NCBI GenBank assembly: GCA_016748015.1
Contig: JAAOMT010000752.1
Span: 408,884-472,883, forward strand
Source: Geosiphon pyriformis uo1
Lineage: Eukaryota; Fungi; Glomeromycota
Length of the DNA stretch: 64,000 nucleotides
Direction: 5' to 3'
How positions within the stretch are numbered: the stretch's first letter is position 1; each line of letters starts with the position of its first letter. The position numbers and the translations under genes were made by a program. A model generated the notes under the pieces. The model did no database searches. It was not told the DNA's origin and saw only the letters and a program-made list of their open reading frames with translations. Shown piece after piece: positions 25,107 through 39,536 of the stretch.

Positions 25107-27222
25107 GAAAATAAAAAATTATTTTAATAATATAATAAATAGTATGAGTATTTTAATTTTTTTAACAATTTAACAATTAAAATTTCATATTAATTTTAAG
25201 AATTTGGAGATTGTATCTTCTTAATGTAAATTATTTTCTCTTATTGAGATTCCGAATTTTTAAATATATTTTTAGTTAAATTTTCCAAAAATAGTATAAA
25301 TATTATACATTTTTTATAGTATTTAAAATTTTAAGTTGAAAAATTAAATTTAAAAACAACGACTAAAATTTTGTAATAATGCAAAAAGAAATATTAATTT
25401 TTACATATTTTATGCATGAATATTAAAATATTTTTAATAAAAAAATTATTGTCTAAAATTATTTTTATATTAAGACTGTATATAAAAAATATTAAATTTT
25501 TATAAAAATTATTTATTATATCATAAAAACAGTTTTAATTTTGAAAAAAATGATTTAAAATATTGCTAAAATTAATTTTCGATTTTTAAACAAAAAAATC
25601 CAACCAAATTTGTTGAAACTGTAAAAAAAGTTATTTTTAATTTAACAGTATGTTATTTATTTTAATGTTTTTTAAATAATATTTTTTAATTAATTAAAAC
25701 TTCTTATAAGTAATAAAATATTTTTAAGTTGAAATTTAAATGGGTTTCATGTATTTTATTAATTATAAAAATCTTATAATCATTTTTTTAAGCACCTTTA
25801 AAATATAATTTTTATTGACCTAATCAAATTATTTACTTTTTAATTAAAAATTGTTTTAATTCAATAATTTTGTTTAGTGTTTACTTTTTTATTTCTATTT
25901 TAATAATATTTGATCCTATTTTTACTGGTTATATAATTAAAAATATTTTTCGGTGGATTTTTTTATTCAATAATGAATAATATTCACTAGTGTACAAGAA
26001 TAAGATTTTATAACAAACCACAACAACGATTTTAAAGCTGATTTCTATATTATTTACATAAATAAAGTCTATTTCAAATTTTAAACTTAATAATTTCTGC
26101 TGAGAAAATGCAACAATATACCATTTATCAAAGGCCTTGAGGATTTTTATAATAGTTAAAAGACATTAGTCTTTTGATTATTAAGCTTTCTGAAAAAATA
26201 ATTATTGAACCAATTCTTAAAAGTTATAAGCCATTTTTCTCCATGTTAAAGTTTATACTCCTTGTCTATATAAATTTATAATTGGAGAATATTTATTAAC
26301 TTTTATATATCATTTTATATTCTGCTCATTGAATGATATTTGCTTCTTTCTATAAGGTAGGTCATCAAATATCTAAGAATAAAATTTTAAAATTATTGTT
26401 AACCGACTAAATATTTATTGATTTTTCCAATTGTAAATAATATTAAATATTTTGTCAAGAATTATTTTTCAAATAAAGACATTTTTGATTTGTCATATAA
26501 ATGGCATTATTTATGATAAATTTCATTTCAAAAAAGAAGGTATGAATTTTATTCGTTAAATATTTTATATGTTTTAGTATTACATATTTTATTACTTTAA
26601 AATTTGACCAAATCAAGGTTTTGGATCACCTTACGCTCTAAAATTCTGTAGAGCTTTTCAAGCACATTTTAAATTTTAAATATGTCGCTTTGAAATATTT
26701 TTTAACGGACAGTATATTGAAGGTGTAAATTATTAACGCTAAATTTTTTCTGAATATGAATTCGGCTCAATAAATATTTTGAACATAAAAAGCAGGAGAC
26801 AAAAGTTATTGTAGTTTTTCTTTGAGTATTTTTTGATTTTGATCAATTTGTACTTCAAATTATCTACGAAATTTGAATTCTCTAAATTAAAAAATGTGAT
26901 AATTAATAAATACTTGTTATTTAAAATACTCCCAACTGAAAAAAATTATAAAGATGGTAAAGTGACTACTCGAAATTTAAACTTTTATTTAGCACAAGGT
27001 ACAAGAATAGAAAATAAAAGCAGCTTACACAAATGGTTCTTTGAGAAAATGCCTAACTGAATCCTTTTTATGCTCAATTTGATCAGGGAAGAATGAAGTC
27101 AGGAAATCTTGGATTGACAAAAAGCAAAATTTTGATTATTCATAGCGACTATAAAGAAGTTTGAACAAATGATTTCCGATATGATATAAGTTGATATAAA
27201 AATAGTACATTTATATTGGAAA

Positions 27223-28188
27223 TTAATACCTTAAAATTCTGGAAATAGCTCTAAAGATGTGAGTTTTTTCTGTATCCTTTTCAAGTGGGAATTTTTCCAA
27301 TGCTTTTCTGTACCAGAAGAGACTTTCATGTAAATCTTTATTTCTGCCAAAGCAATATAAAAGAGTTCTACCATACTGGGCTTGCATCTTTCCAGAGCCA
27401 GAAATCGCAGCTTTTTGATAACAGCAAGCTGCTTTTCTTACATCCATCTTAATACCGCATCCTATTCGATAACAGTCCCCCAAACGAAAAATTGCCTCTG
27501 GATCCCTTCCAATCGACTCATCCTGGATCCGCTGAAAAACTCGAATTACTTGTGCTTCATTCAATTGATTGATACGGTATAGACGTAATAAAATCTCTGA
27601 AGAGCTTTCAGTTTCAAAAGCGGATTTTAGAAACCATTCAAACGCCTGATCCATATCCCTTGGAGTTCCTTTTCCTCTCATATAACAGCATCCTATATGA
27701 AATCCAGCCTCTTTCAAACCGTGCTTGTAGGCAATTTTAAAAGACTCCAATGCTTTATTGAGATCTTGATAATTGAGACTTTGCAGATATAACCTGCCTA
27801 AATCAAAACGAGCAGTCAAACTACCAGCATCAGCTGCTCGTTCAAGCCAATATTTAAGATGTCGGATTCCTCGATAAGTATTGTTCGAAATAGCAATACG
27901 CGCAACTTGATATATAGCTGGCTTAAAGTCTGCATCAGCTGCTTGCAAATAACACAGAAACGCCGTATTCTGACAGTGATTTGTTCCGATACCATTTTCA
28001 TAAATGACTCCAAGAAGGTACTGGTAAATCGGTTGTGTTTGATTGTTTCTAAACAGTTCGAAAACTTGTTTGGGTTCATAGTCATTCTCATCGATCCATT
28101 CTCTTAATTTGTGACACAAGGGTAAATTATCATCTGGAATGTCAAGTTCCCGGCGTAGCGCATGAATAAGATTTTGGAGAGTTTCCAT
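27223..28188 (-). CDS. Sel1-like repeat (HCP-like) protein, 321 aa, single exon
   Basis: Repeated SLR motifs: YLLGVIYENGIG, AGFHIGCCYMRGKGTPRDMDQAFEWFLKSA, AIFRLGDCYRIGCGIKMDVRKAACCYQKAA, KDLHESLFWYRKA. Confidence 0.92.
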   Translation of the reverse strand: METLQNLIHALRRELDIPDDNLPLCHKLREWIDENDYEPKQVFELFRNNQTQPIYQYLLGVIYENGIGTNHCQNTAFLCYLQAADADFKPAIYQVARIAISNNTYRGIRHLKYWLERAADAGSLTARFDLGRLYLQSLNYQDLNKALESFKIAYKHGLKEAGFHIGCCYMRGKGTPRDMDQAFEWFLKSAFETESSSEILLRLYRINQLNEAQVIRVFQRIQDESIGRDPEAIFRLGDCYRIGCGIKMDVRKAACCYQKAAISGSGKMQAQYGRTLLYCFGRNKDLHESLFWYRKALEKFPLEKDTEKTHIFRAISRILRY

Positions 28189-29271
28189 GTTAAAGAAATT
28201 AGCTAGATACTTTTAAAAAAATAAAAGTTGTGGAAAGGTTGAAAAAACTGGTGATCGCTGCAAGTTCATATAAGTTTTAGCATGATTTAGTCAACGATCG
28301 TCTACATTAAGTACAAATATATTTTTGACACAGATTTTTCAATCCACCAACGAAAACTAAGAGATAAGATTTTGGAAATTTTGAAAAAACCCAAAGAATT
28401 CTTTTCCGTATACGCTTTACTTTTTTATTGACTAGAAATGGGTTGTCCCAAGATAGTTAAAGTTTTTGGGCTTGAATGCCATGATAATCTATATTATTAA
28501 TGATGTATAATGATATAGCATCAATACGATTAGGGTAAATACAAAATCCGAATTTATATCTCAAATCTTACGACTAGAGCAACAAACTATCTTTCTAATG
28601 TTTTAACTCTGTCAAGAAAAAATAATTTTTATTAAAGAAAATAAGGTTGGCCTCAAAGTAAACATAAACCCTGTGCATGTAGCAAACTTAGCCTCTTTTG
28701 ACTGGTCAGAAAATCGATGTTTTGAATAGACATTTTTAATTGAAATTATAAAATATCATGCAGCTTATGCACCGAATACATCATTAATGCTATAAAATTG
28801 AGATGATATTATTCATTAATTAGGAAATTTTGATAAAAATGTTTTCTAATTAAGTATACTTCAATTATAATAATATATTCTTTTCAATAATAATGATTGT
28901 TATTTAATATATTTTTATTGGTTAAATAATCAAAGTTAAAATTTGTACTAATTATAACAAATATTTTATTATTGTGTGAATTTTAATATTAATTTTTGAA
29001 ATAAAAAAAATGAATTTACTATATTTTTTTGTTCAATTGAATTTTTTAAATTCTGACTATTGTTTACAAAGAAGGCTACTATCAAACCAATGTACCCTAA
29101 AGAATTACCTTTGACATAAATTTAGCAGATGAAGATGAACAAATAGCAAAATAATGAATAATTGGCAAAACTCAATGTTTATATAAATACTTAAAAAATG
29201 AATATGAAAATTAATTTTGATTTTGCCTTAATTGAATTTTAAAGATTTAATTTGTTTATAGATGTTACATT

Positions 29272-30686
29272 TAGAACTGTTGGACAAACCTATAAGTTTT
29301 GACAACTGTAAAAACTATTACCAGTATTAACTAGATTTTTCAATTTTAAAAAATATATCAAAATGTCAAAACTTGTCAAAATGTCAAAACTTGTCAAAAT
29401 GCCAAAATCTATCAAAATATTAAAAATATTTTTTAATAAAATAATTAATTAATTATCTAAAACTGAATTTACTAAAGATAAAGTAATATAATCAAAGCTT
29501 TTAATATTTGCTAATAACTAATTAAATTTATTTATATCTATATTTTTATTTAATCTAATGTATTAAAGCCTTTGTCAACATCTTCAATTAATAAAGCTAT
29601 TAAAGTTTCTTGAGGATTGAAACATTATTTATGAAAGAAAATTAATATTGTTGTTTTCTGGTTTAATAAAAATAGTACCAGTTAAACATTCTTTACAAAG
29701 AGATGGTTCTAAAATATTCTTGTCATAAAATTTAAATTCATGTTTGATATTTAAATAAAAAGAATGTATAGATTCTACAAATTCTATATTAAGACTTGAT
29801 TTTCGATTTTCATAAAGCCATTGAAATAAGCCTGTTGGAAAAACCTATAAGTTTTGACAACGGTAATATTTATAATCAGTATTAACTATATTTTTCACTT
29901 TAAAAAATATACCAAAAAATGTCGAAATCTGTTAAAATGTCAATAAATAAAACTGTCAATAATAGCTACAATTATTATTATAGTTAAAATTATTATCAAT
30001 AGTAAAAATTTATAAAGTATTATATCAAAAAAAAACTTTATACAAAAAATACATAGGAAATTTTACATTATATGTAAGAAAAATTTGCTTTCATATACAA
30101 TTGGACATATTTTTTATACAAATACATATGGAACTATTATATAGAATTTGAAATTTCCTTATATTTTACAAATATATTTTTAATGTGCACTATAGTTTCT
30201 GTATATATTTCATTTATTACGTATTTACTTTATTATTTTTTAATATATTCTAAGCAAATACCAAATGAAAATTTTATTTTTCTTGTATATTTTTAATATA
30301 AAATCTACTGTATAAAATTTCTAATATATTTATAATTACTAATTGAATAAGATAAATTTTTCCTAAGCAAAATTCAATATAAAAATATAAATAAATTAGT
30401 AAAAATAAAAATACAAATATAGATTAAAGTTTATCAAAAAACTATACAATTCCATATTTTATTTCATCAAAGTTTTAATCAAATAAATAAAATGTATCAA
30501 TCAATTAGAAAAAAGAATTTCATGTCAAGATTTTTTATAAATATTCTTTTGACATTTTGACAGAGTTTTTTAGTATTTACATAGTTTTACGTTTTGACAA
30601 GATTTTATCATATTGTCGGAGATTCTCGATTACGCAAAATAGTAAAACCCTTTTTCGTTTGCCAAGAAGTTTCTCCGACAGCTCTA
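29272..30686 (-). mobile_element. Non-autonomous hAT-like DNA transposon derivative with imperfect TIRs and a duplicated end
   Basis: Left end TAGAACTGTTGGACAAACCT; right end reverse complement TAGAGCTGTCGGAGAAACTT. TACATT flanks both sides (29266-29271, 30687-30692). Subterminal TGTCAAAA/TTTTGACA repeats; second left end at 29827. Minus-strand WLYENRKSSLNIEFVESIHSFY resembles a hAT C-terminal dimerisation region. Confidence 0.65.
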
Positions 30687-30851
30687 TACATTTGCAAAAC
30701 AGCACTTTATTTTTTTTGAGCAAAAAATATTGTAATTTTAAGTTCAAATAATTGCTAAGAATATTGTACTTAAAGCAATAATTTATAAAACTATATGTTT
30801 ATAATTGAAATTTAGAATAATTTTCAATATTATTAATTTATTCATCATTCA

Positions 30852-31625
30852 ATTATTCTTGAATTTTCTTGTTTTCGAGAAGAGGGTATATTTTGCTTAA
30901 ATATCAATTATATAATTGTCTATTAACTTAATAAATGGTTTTTAATTTCTATTTTAATTAATTTATAGATTTTCTAAATCAAATAATAGTTTTTATTTAA
31001 CATCATAAGTCACCTGCTGAAATGCTTAATTTATATGTTAAGAAAATAGATTATTGTGTATAAATATAACTATTATTAAGAATTAAGAATTAAAATTAAA
31101 ATTTCTGGATCCATTGGCATCTATTCAAATTTATATTAATAAAAAACAGTTTTTTACATTAATGCTTTTGCAATATTTCAATATTTTTTAAATAAAAAAA
31201 TATAATTATTGTCTTAATTGGTATTTTTATTTTGATGCTATTTAGTTATATTAATTATTTTATTAGTTACATATCATAATATCTTATAATAAAATTTGGT
31301 TATTATATAGAATTTTACACTTAACTGTTTTTTTACTGTGGGATAAAATAGTATATTATCCCCTAAAATTTTTATTACATATATTAATTATTATAATAAT
31401 ATGAAAATTTTATTTTAATAAACCTAATAGAATATTATTTAAAAACAAAATAAAACAATAATTAAAGTTTATTAAATTAAAAAAATAAAATATTTAGAAA
31501 ATATTAAAAAAATTAAATATTAATTATAAATTATAAATAATGACAGCCATTTAACATTATTTTAAATTAATTATTAAATTAATTATTGATCAAATTATTA
31601 ACATAAATGTTAATCTAATTATTAA
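30852..31625 (+). repeat. Dispersed non-coding repeat, copy 2 (see 18985-19950)
   Basis: Colinear similarity to 18985-19950 with indels. Confidence 0.75.
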
Positions 31626-34600
31626 ATTTAGCTATATTTATTTATATAAATTTTTATTATTATTTTACAAATATAATTAAACTATTAATTATTATTTATA
31701 CAATTTAATTAATATATATTAAACATAAGTTATAATATAAACAATATATAATTAACCACTTAAATTAATTAGAACTGCTTTAATTTAAAGAAAAAATTAA
31801 GTTATTTTATTAATATAATTGTTTAATTAACTATAAATTTACCTATTAAAATTTTTATAGATTTAATTTTACCTTTTTAATAACTTTAAAATTATTAAAT
31901 TAAAAAAATTTATTGCATACAATAAAATCAAAATTATTAATTATGCTATTATTATTATATAATAAAACATATTAATCTTATTTTTAATATAAAAAAACTC
32001 TTTAAACATATTAATATTTATTTTACCAAGATTTTTAATTTAAACTTTTAAAACAAAAATCTGAAAATTTGATTTTATAATAAAAACTTTTTTAATAACC
32101 AAAAAAATTAAAACAACTAAAAAATTAATAAATTCAATTATTAACTTTATTAATCAAACAATTTGTAAATAATTTTTTAAAAAAAACTAACTTAAAATTA
32201 ATAACAATATTAAAAAGACAATAGTTTTGCTATATATAAAACCAAATTAATAAAATAATTTAAAAAAAGCTTAAACAGTATAAAAACTTGAAGAAAAGTT
32301 TTAATAGATTAAAAAAACAGTTTTACAATTTTTTTTAATGCATTAATTTTATTAATAATAATATTTATAATATTTTTAAACTTAAAAATAACAATAACAT
32401 TTTTTTTATTAAATTGTAAACATAAAACTGAATTGAGTTTAGCATTTTTGAACTTTTTACAAGTAATTTAAGTGTTTATTTCATATTATATAATCTAATT
32501 ATCATATTTAGTTACATTTATATATTGTATAAATTATAAAAAAATTAACCAAAATGAATTTAAAACTCTTATAAAAAGTTATTATCTTTATTAAATTAAA
32601 AAAATTTAAAACTGTTTTTTTACTAAAATTAATTAATAAACAAAAACAGTTTTAGTAACTTTAAAAGTTTTAAAATAAACAATAATATGTTACTATATAT
32701 TAACAGACTTTAATTTAATATCAAAAACTTTATTAAAAATTACAAAAATATTCTTAATAGTATTAATAAAAATATTTTAAAAAATAAAGAGCCACAATAG
32801 TAGAAACAAATACAGATTCAAAAATTACAATAGATTTACAATTTTAAAAGAAAAATTTAGCAAGTTTAATTTTAATAACAATATTTAAGAAAACTTAATA
32901 TTTAAATTCTATATAAAAACACAATTTTAATATAAATAATTTTTTTTAAGTTCTATTAAATATTAGACTAAGTGTATTATTTCAATCTTTTATAAAATTT
33001 ATTATTATTTAACACACAATTAATTTATTTGTAAACTATTTTATTATAAATACCAAATAAATACACTTTGTAAATACTAAAATAATATATTTTATTTATT
33101 AATTTGAATAAAGTATATAAATATTTTGAACTTAATTGTAATTATAATAAGCAACTGTATTAATATTGTAGTATAATCCTTTTTCTTTTAATATATAGTA
33201 AAATGATACTAACTAATAATTTTTTTGCTAATTTGGTAGGTTTGTTATTATAGTTTTATTTAATTTAATTTTGACAAATGTTTTTTATAATTTTGAGTTT
33301 TTTTATAATCTTTAAATTGTAAATTATTTTGTAATTTTTTAAAGAGTTTATAATTTACATTTGTAAAAGTTAATTTAAGTTACAATTTGTAAAACATATT
33401 ATATTTAAAAATGTGCAAAATACAATCTTTTTTAAAATTAGTTAAAATTTATAATAAAAATATTTAAAACTTGTTTTTACAGATTGTTGACCAGTGGTTT
33501 AAGTGGCCTAATATTAAATAATAGTTATTATCTTTTGTTTATTTAATAAAAAAAATAGTCACTTTGAAGATTTTTATGAATTTATAATTGATTAAAGCTT
33601 GGTAAATAGATAACTGCACTTGCCAATTAATTAAAAAATGTATTAGTTTGACTAAAAACTAATTATAAAAAAATAATGTAGATTTTAAATTGTAATCATA
33701 GAGTAAATTAGACAAAATTAATATAAATATAATATTAGGATAGACCGAAATAAAAACTTGAAAATAAATATAAATTTGAATAATAAATAACAAATTTATG
33801 TAACTTGAAATAAAAAAATAAAAAAATAGAAGACCAAGTAAAAAAGAAATTAAGTACTGAAAAACTGATTTTTTGCAATGCTGTTTTTTTAAACTACAAG
33901 TTAGCCTGTATTTATATTTACTTTATATGGTAAATTATTTAAAATTATATTTATTAATAATTTAATTATTAATTATTAATTAAAATTACTAATTGTTAAT
34001 TAGTTATGTAATTTAGTGTAATTTACTTTAAAATTACGAATAAAATCTTTGACTTATTTTTAATTTATTTTATTTCAAATGAATCCAATTAAGAAAATAA
34101 AAATTTTGAAATTTTTTTTAAGACTTGTTTTTATTAGCTTTCAAAATGATTCACAAAGAAACCAATAAAGCAATAATATAATTATCAAATTATAAAGACA
34201 TAAATTATATTAAATATGAGAAAATAAAATATATGTTAATAAAATTTTAATAATTAATAAAATAAAAATTGGTTCAAAGAAAATGTTCAAAGTAAATAAT
34301 ATAAATGCTTTTTATTATCAAAGTAAACTCACACACTAGATAAAATTCATTTGAAAGAAATTGCTATCTAGACGCAAAAACTCGAAAATGTTGTCAAAAT
34401 GATCTCATATATCAGAGTCTAAGCTTTAAACCGACCTATTATATATGCTCGATATAATTAGTGTTTAATAAGTATTTATTGTATTGAATATCTAGGTATA
34501 CAAGAATATGATAGAAATATATGTTTGGCAAAAGAAGTTTGGGATAAAACTTGAAACTATAAAAATAGGATAAACTGAGTTTCTAGCTGCATATATCATT

Positions 34601-34748
34601 CACTATAGATATGTCGGGAGTAAAATTTTCAACTAATCCTAGAGTTTAAGAAGACAAGTAAAAAATAATAGCATCCAAAAAAGTTTACAAGATGCGGAAA
34701 ACCCTTTGAAAGTGAGGAAGATATGAATTTAAAAAAGATAAACGTTTC

Positions 34749-35030
34749 CTATTCCATGTAATCATATGTGGGAGCATTCGTATCTATAGCAAACCATGAT
34801 TCACAATATGTATATTCACATTGAAGTTGCGTTCTTGGTACAAACACAGAGTAATTTTCACGACCACAATTGAAAATTTCATTCAAAGTGCATTCTTGGG
34901 TTCGGGGAAGACATCCTATCTCAAACGTAGGGTCATTTAGATCAGCGCCAGCCGTTTTATTAATAAAAGCAAAAACTAAAAAGGACAAAAGTATTTTGTT
35001 TAAGATTGATTTGGGTATCATATTAAGCAT
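34749..35030 (-). CDS. Small secreted cysteine-rich protein, paralogue 1 (93 aa, 5 Cys)
   Basis: Signal peptide ...KILLSFLVFAFINKTAGA; core CLPRTQECTLNEIFNCGRENYSVFVPRTQLQCEYTYC; homologous to the two downstream copies; TATAAAA ~100 bp upstream. Confidence 0.8.
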   Translation of the reverse strand: MLNMIPKSILNKILLSFLVFAFINKTAGADLNDPTFEIGCLPRTQECTLNEIFNCGRENYSVFVPRTQLQCEYTYCESWFAIDTNAPTYDYME

Positions 35031-38000
35031 CCTTTTTTTATCTTTATGAAGAAGATCGAGTTATGATAATTGTATTTTAATAAACAAAGCTTGGTAATTT
35101 GAAATTTGGCAAGCGAGATGTTTTCTTTTTATAGGAAAATTTCTGAACTTTGGGATATTACAAAAATTTAGTTAGTAGTAAAACAATAATAATAAAAATT
35201 TTTAAAGTTATCTTCAATGGTTGAATGAAAATAACTAACTTTAGATATGCGATTGGCAGGAAAAAATCGTCTTGTATGAATAATCTAAAGAATTAAAACA
35301 TATTTATGGTCATTTAAGTTACTTAATTATTTTGACCACAATGAATTTCAAGAAAATGTACTCAATATGAATTACCTAAAAGAAATCAGGACCATACTAG
35401 TCAGTGATAAAGATAATATACTCATACTATTTTTTATGAATATAAGATTTTGATATAAAATTCCCAGTTTTTGAACAACAAATCTAAATATTGATTTTAA
35501 GGTTTAATAGAATTAAGTCAATTAACCGATTTAATATCTTATAAAGGGACATCCTTAATATAACGTCTATGAAGAATAGAAATTTCATAGTAGTTATGAC
35601 TTTAGCCATTTGGGATCTCTCGTGAACACATTTCGGTAGTCTGCCAATTTTAGCGTCCAGTGCAAATCTCGTCTCGCATATAATAGGCTAAATTTTTTTA
35701 ACTGATTATCGTTTTTAAGGAAGGCTACTATTAGAGCATTGTACATAAATTTAAACATACAAAAATGTTTAATTAGCAAAAGGATTAAGTAATTAAGAAA
35801 AATTATTATCTCAATTAAGGATTAAAAAATGAATATAAAAATTACTTATTTCAATTGCTTGTATACAAAAACAGAAGAAATAATCTTATGTTTACCAATG
35901 AGGCTTTAAAACCATACTTTATAGCCTTAATGAAAATATGTATTTAAAAGCAATTTACAACAAAGTAACATTTTCAGAATTTTTTAATTTAATCAAAGCA
36001 TTAATACTTATAGAATTCGATGAAACTATCATAAGTATGTGAGGTGGAGTGTTAGTACACTCTATAAAAATTCACTCCTGAAAATTTTAGAAATTGGATT
36101 CTATGGGTGCTCCATAATTGTATATAAATATAAATGATATATTTCAATTTGTAGCAAAAATTACAATTATAAAATGACTTAATTAAAAAGATATTTATAC
36201 AAACTTTTGGAAAAGATTCATCAAGAATCATTTTTTGAAAAAACAAGATATTCATAAAGAGCTGAAGAAAAACTACATACAGTTCTAGCGAAAAATAATG
36301 ACAGGCAATTTTTTCAAACAAACTTAAGAGATATTTTTTATACCAATCCTATAATATATGTAAAAATTAATAATTCTCCTGCATTTATATTAGCTTGAAA
36401 ACGGGTATATGTTAGTAGGTACCTCCTCTGGAAGTTTTGCATATTTTTCTTTTACTAGCTTAATAAAAATATTTTGAATATTCGGCTGTATTGCGGTTAC
36501 CATTGAGTTAAAGATACTTAACGACTTCACTGTTTGATTTTACGAAGAGTGTAATAAAAAAAACATTATTTATTTTTGTTTTCAAAACTTTATACTCTAT
36601 AATGCCTATGTATTTCTTGAAAATTATCAAATTATTCTTATTGTTATTATTGAAAAATTATGTTATTAATAAATAAAAATCATTACTTTGTATCACGTTT
36701 AACTATGATTAAAAAAATCAAAATTTTTTTGAATAATACGAACACAAAAAAATTATGAATGAATTAATTTGTTTTAATTTTTTAATTAGTATATATATTA
36801 ATTCAAGTTCATTATTTTTTAATTAAAAACAAAAAGATATCTTTATTAATTCAAAAAAAAATTAACTAAAATTATGACAAATTTAGCTTCAGATTCAAAT
36901 TCAATTTTAGAATTTAAACACTTAATGTTTTGAAACAAATATATTTTCGAAAATTGCAAAAATTGTTTTTATTACTTTTTTAAAAAAAATTCAAGACAAT
37001 AAACACAATTCAAAAATAATTATTATTTTGAAAATTACTATTAAAAACACTGTTTTTTAATCGAAAAACATTATTTAAATATTATTTTTATACTTAAAAC
37101 TTAGACTAGCCTTCATAATTTATAAGATTTACAAAAGTAAAATTAATTATTTACAGAAAAGTTTACAATTGTGAAATTAATAATAAAGTTATCAAGAAAC
37201 AAATTTCATAATATTATTTATTAATTATTATATTGAATAAAAAAGATTATTATTTAAAACTTACAAACAATATAATCATATGTTGAAATTTGGTTTTGTG
37301 CTTCAGAAATAATAAATTAATCTTACATGTAACAAGTAATATGAAATTTTTATGTATTATAATATATATTAAGTATTATTATTATTATTTAATTTATTGC
37401 TTTATTTTGCTTTTTAAATAATAATTAAGAATCTAATATCATATTATTGTGATAAGTTGAAATAACTTTAACAAATAACAGAAATAAAAATAACTAAGAG
37501 CAATTTAAAACTCAGCAAAGATATTTTAACAGTAGTGCAAATAAATATATAAACTATTTAATTTATGAAAATCATAGTTGTTAGTCTTTTTAAAAGAAAT
37601 TTGAAAGTAAAAAAATAGTTTCTAATTGTTAACAAAAAATAACCCAGCTGGTATAATTTTATACCTCACTTGGCAGTTCTTTAGAATTTAAATATTTTTT
37701 ACAACTTTGGAAGGCTTTGTTTTTATAGTTAATAAAAAAAACCAAATCAATAATTAAGTTAACGATTTGGTCAACAGAAAACGTGCAAATAAATAAAATA
37801 GATGCTTTTATTATCATGTAAACTGACAGACTAGCCACGATTTATTTGTGAGAAATTATTAATTCTCCTCGAGAATACTATCCAAACGCAGAAACTCGAA
37901 AATCTTATCACAGAATGTAAGCTTTATAGCTTATTTAAACCTAACCTATTATATATGCTAAATATAAATTAGTTTTGAAGAAAGTATTGAATATCTAGAT

Positions 38001-38216
38001 ATACAAGAAATTTATGGCTAAATAGGTTTGATATAAAGCCTGAAATTATAAAAAGAGAGCTTCAAACTACACAAGTAATTCACTCTAGATATGCTGAGAG
38101 TAAAATTTTCAACTCATCATAAAGTTAAAGAACCAGAAGACAAATAAAATAATAACATCCAAAAAAGCTTACTAGATGCAGGAAAACCTTCAAAAAAAAT
38201 AGATATTTCTAATGCT

Positions 38217-38456
38217 CTAATTTTCATAAGGTATACAATATGTATATTCACATTTATAATTTGTTCTTGGTACAAAAACACATTGTTTTGGCTTACAACG
38301 CCGTATTTCATCGGAAGTACATCCTTGAGGTCGTGCACCACATCCAACACCCGCCTCATAGTTTTCTGGCATATAATAAGCCCTAGCCGTCTCAGTAATC
38401 AAAGCAAGAATTAAAAAGGCCAAAAATTTTTTGTTTAAGATTGATTTGGGTGTCAT
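38217..38456 (-). CDS. Small secreted cysteine-rich protein, paralogue 2 (79 aa, 6 Cys)
   Basis: ATG 38456; MTPKSILNKKFLAFLILALITETARA|YYMPENYEAGVGCGARPQGCTSDEIRRCKPKQCVFVPRTNYKCEYTYCIPYEN; A-x-A cleavage site. Confidence 0.85.
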   Translation of the reverse strand: MTPKSILNKKFLAFLILALITETARAYYMPENYEAGVGCGARPQGCTSDEIRRCKPKQCVFVPRTNYKCEYTYCIPYEN

Positions 38457-39529
38457 AATTTCAGTTTTTTTCAAGGTGTGTTTTTATTTTTATGAAGAAG
38501 ACCAAGTTAAGATGATAGTGTTTTATTACTTTAATAACCAAAGCTTGGTAATTTGAAATCTGGCAAGCGAGGTGTTTCCATTTTATAGGAAATTTTCTGA
38601 CCTTTGGAATATTATAAAACTTTAGTTAATAGTAAATAATGATAGAAAAATCTTAAAAGTTTCAATGGTTGAATGAAAATAACTAACTTTAGATATATGA
38701 TTGTCAGAAAAAAAATTTCTTATATTGATATATTGATAATCTAATCAATTAAAGAAATATTTATGGCCATTTAAGACACTTAATTATTTTGGACGATAAT
38801 GAATTTTTTCTAGAAAATTGACCAAATATGAAATTGCCTAAAAGAAATTAGGGCCATATAAGCCAATAACAAAATTTCATATAATCGTATACCAATATAA
38901 GATGGATTGAATTTATAAAATTCCCAGTTTTTGAACAACAAATCTAAATATTGATTTTAAGGTTTAATAGAATTAAGTCAATTAACCGATTTAATATCTT
39001 ATAAAGGGACATCCTTAATATAACGTCTATGAAGAATAGAAATTTCATAGTAGTTATGACTTTACCCATTTGGGATCTCTCGTGAACACATTTCGGTAGT
39101 CTGCCAATTTTAGTGTTCAGTGGTATAGTGCAAGGGAAAAATGCAAATCTCATCGGGCTAAATTTTTTTGAATGATTGAATTTTCTAGATTCCGATTATC
39201 GTTTGTAAGGAAGGCTAATATTAGAGCAGTGTGCATAATTTAAACATACAAAAATGTTTAATAAATTACTAATAGCTTGTAACAATGGTCCTGATTTCTT
39301 TTAGGCAATTTCATATTGGGTTAATTTTCTAAAAAAAATTCATTGTGGAGCCAAAATATCTTAAATGACCTTAAATATTTTTTTTAGATTATCATAAGAA
39401 ATTTTTTTTCTGACAATCATATATCTAAAGTTAGTTATTTTCATTCAACCATTGAAACTTTCAAGATTTTTCTATCATTATTTACTATTAACTAAAGTTT
39501 TATAATATTCCAAAGGTCAGAAAATTTCC

Positions 39530-39536
39530 TATAAAA
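39530..39536 (+). promoter_or_regulatory. TATA box conserved upstream of all three secreted-protein paralogues
   Basis: ccTATAAAA here and on the minus strand at 38581-38587 and 35127-35133, each followed by a conserved ctcgcttgcca(g/a)atttcaaattaccaagcttt block. Confidence 0.55.

Noticed and set aside
29361-29418. Short repeats (AAATGTCAAAACTTGTCA) suggesting a CRISPR or iteron array
   Set aside because: No unique spacers and a eukaryotic context; these are subterminal repeats of the TIR element.
31700-33500. Possible decayed LTR/other TE coding region
   Set aside because: Too degenerate to recover any diagnostic motif by eye; left unclassified.
35594-39153. ORFs 35594-35779, 36052-36321, 38117-38359 and 38944-39153
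   Set aside because: The near-identical duplicated DNA does not keep the same ORF in both copies, 38117-38359 is an alternative frame of paralogue 2, and none has motifs.
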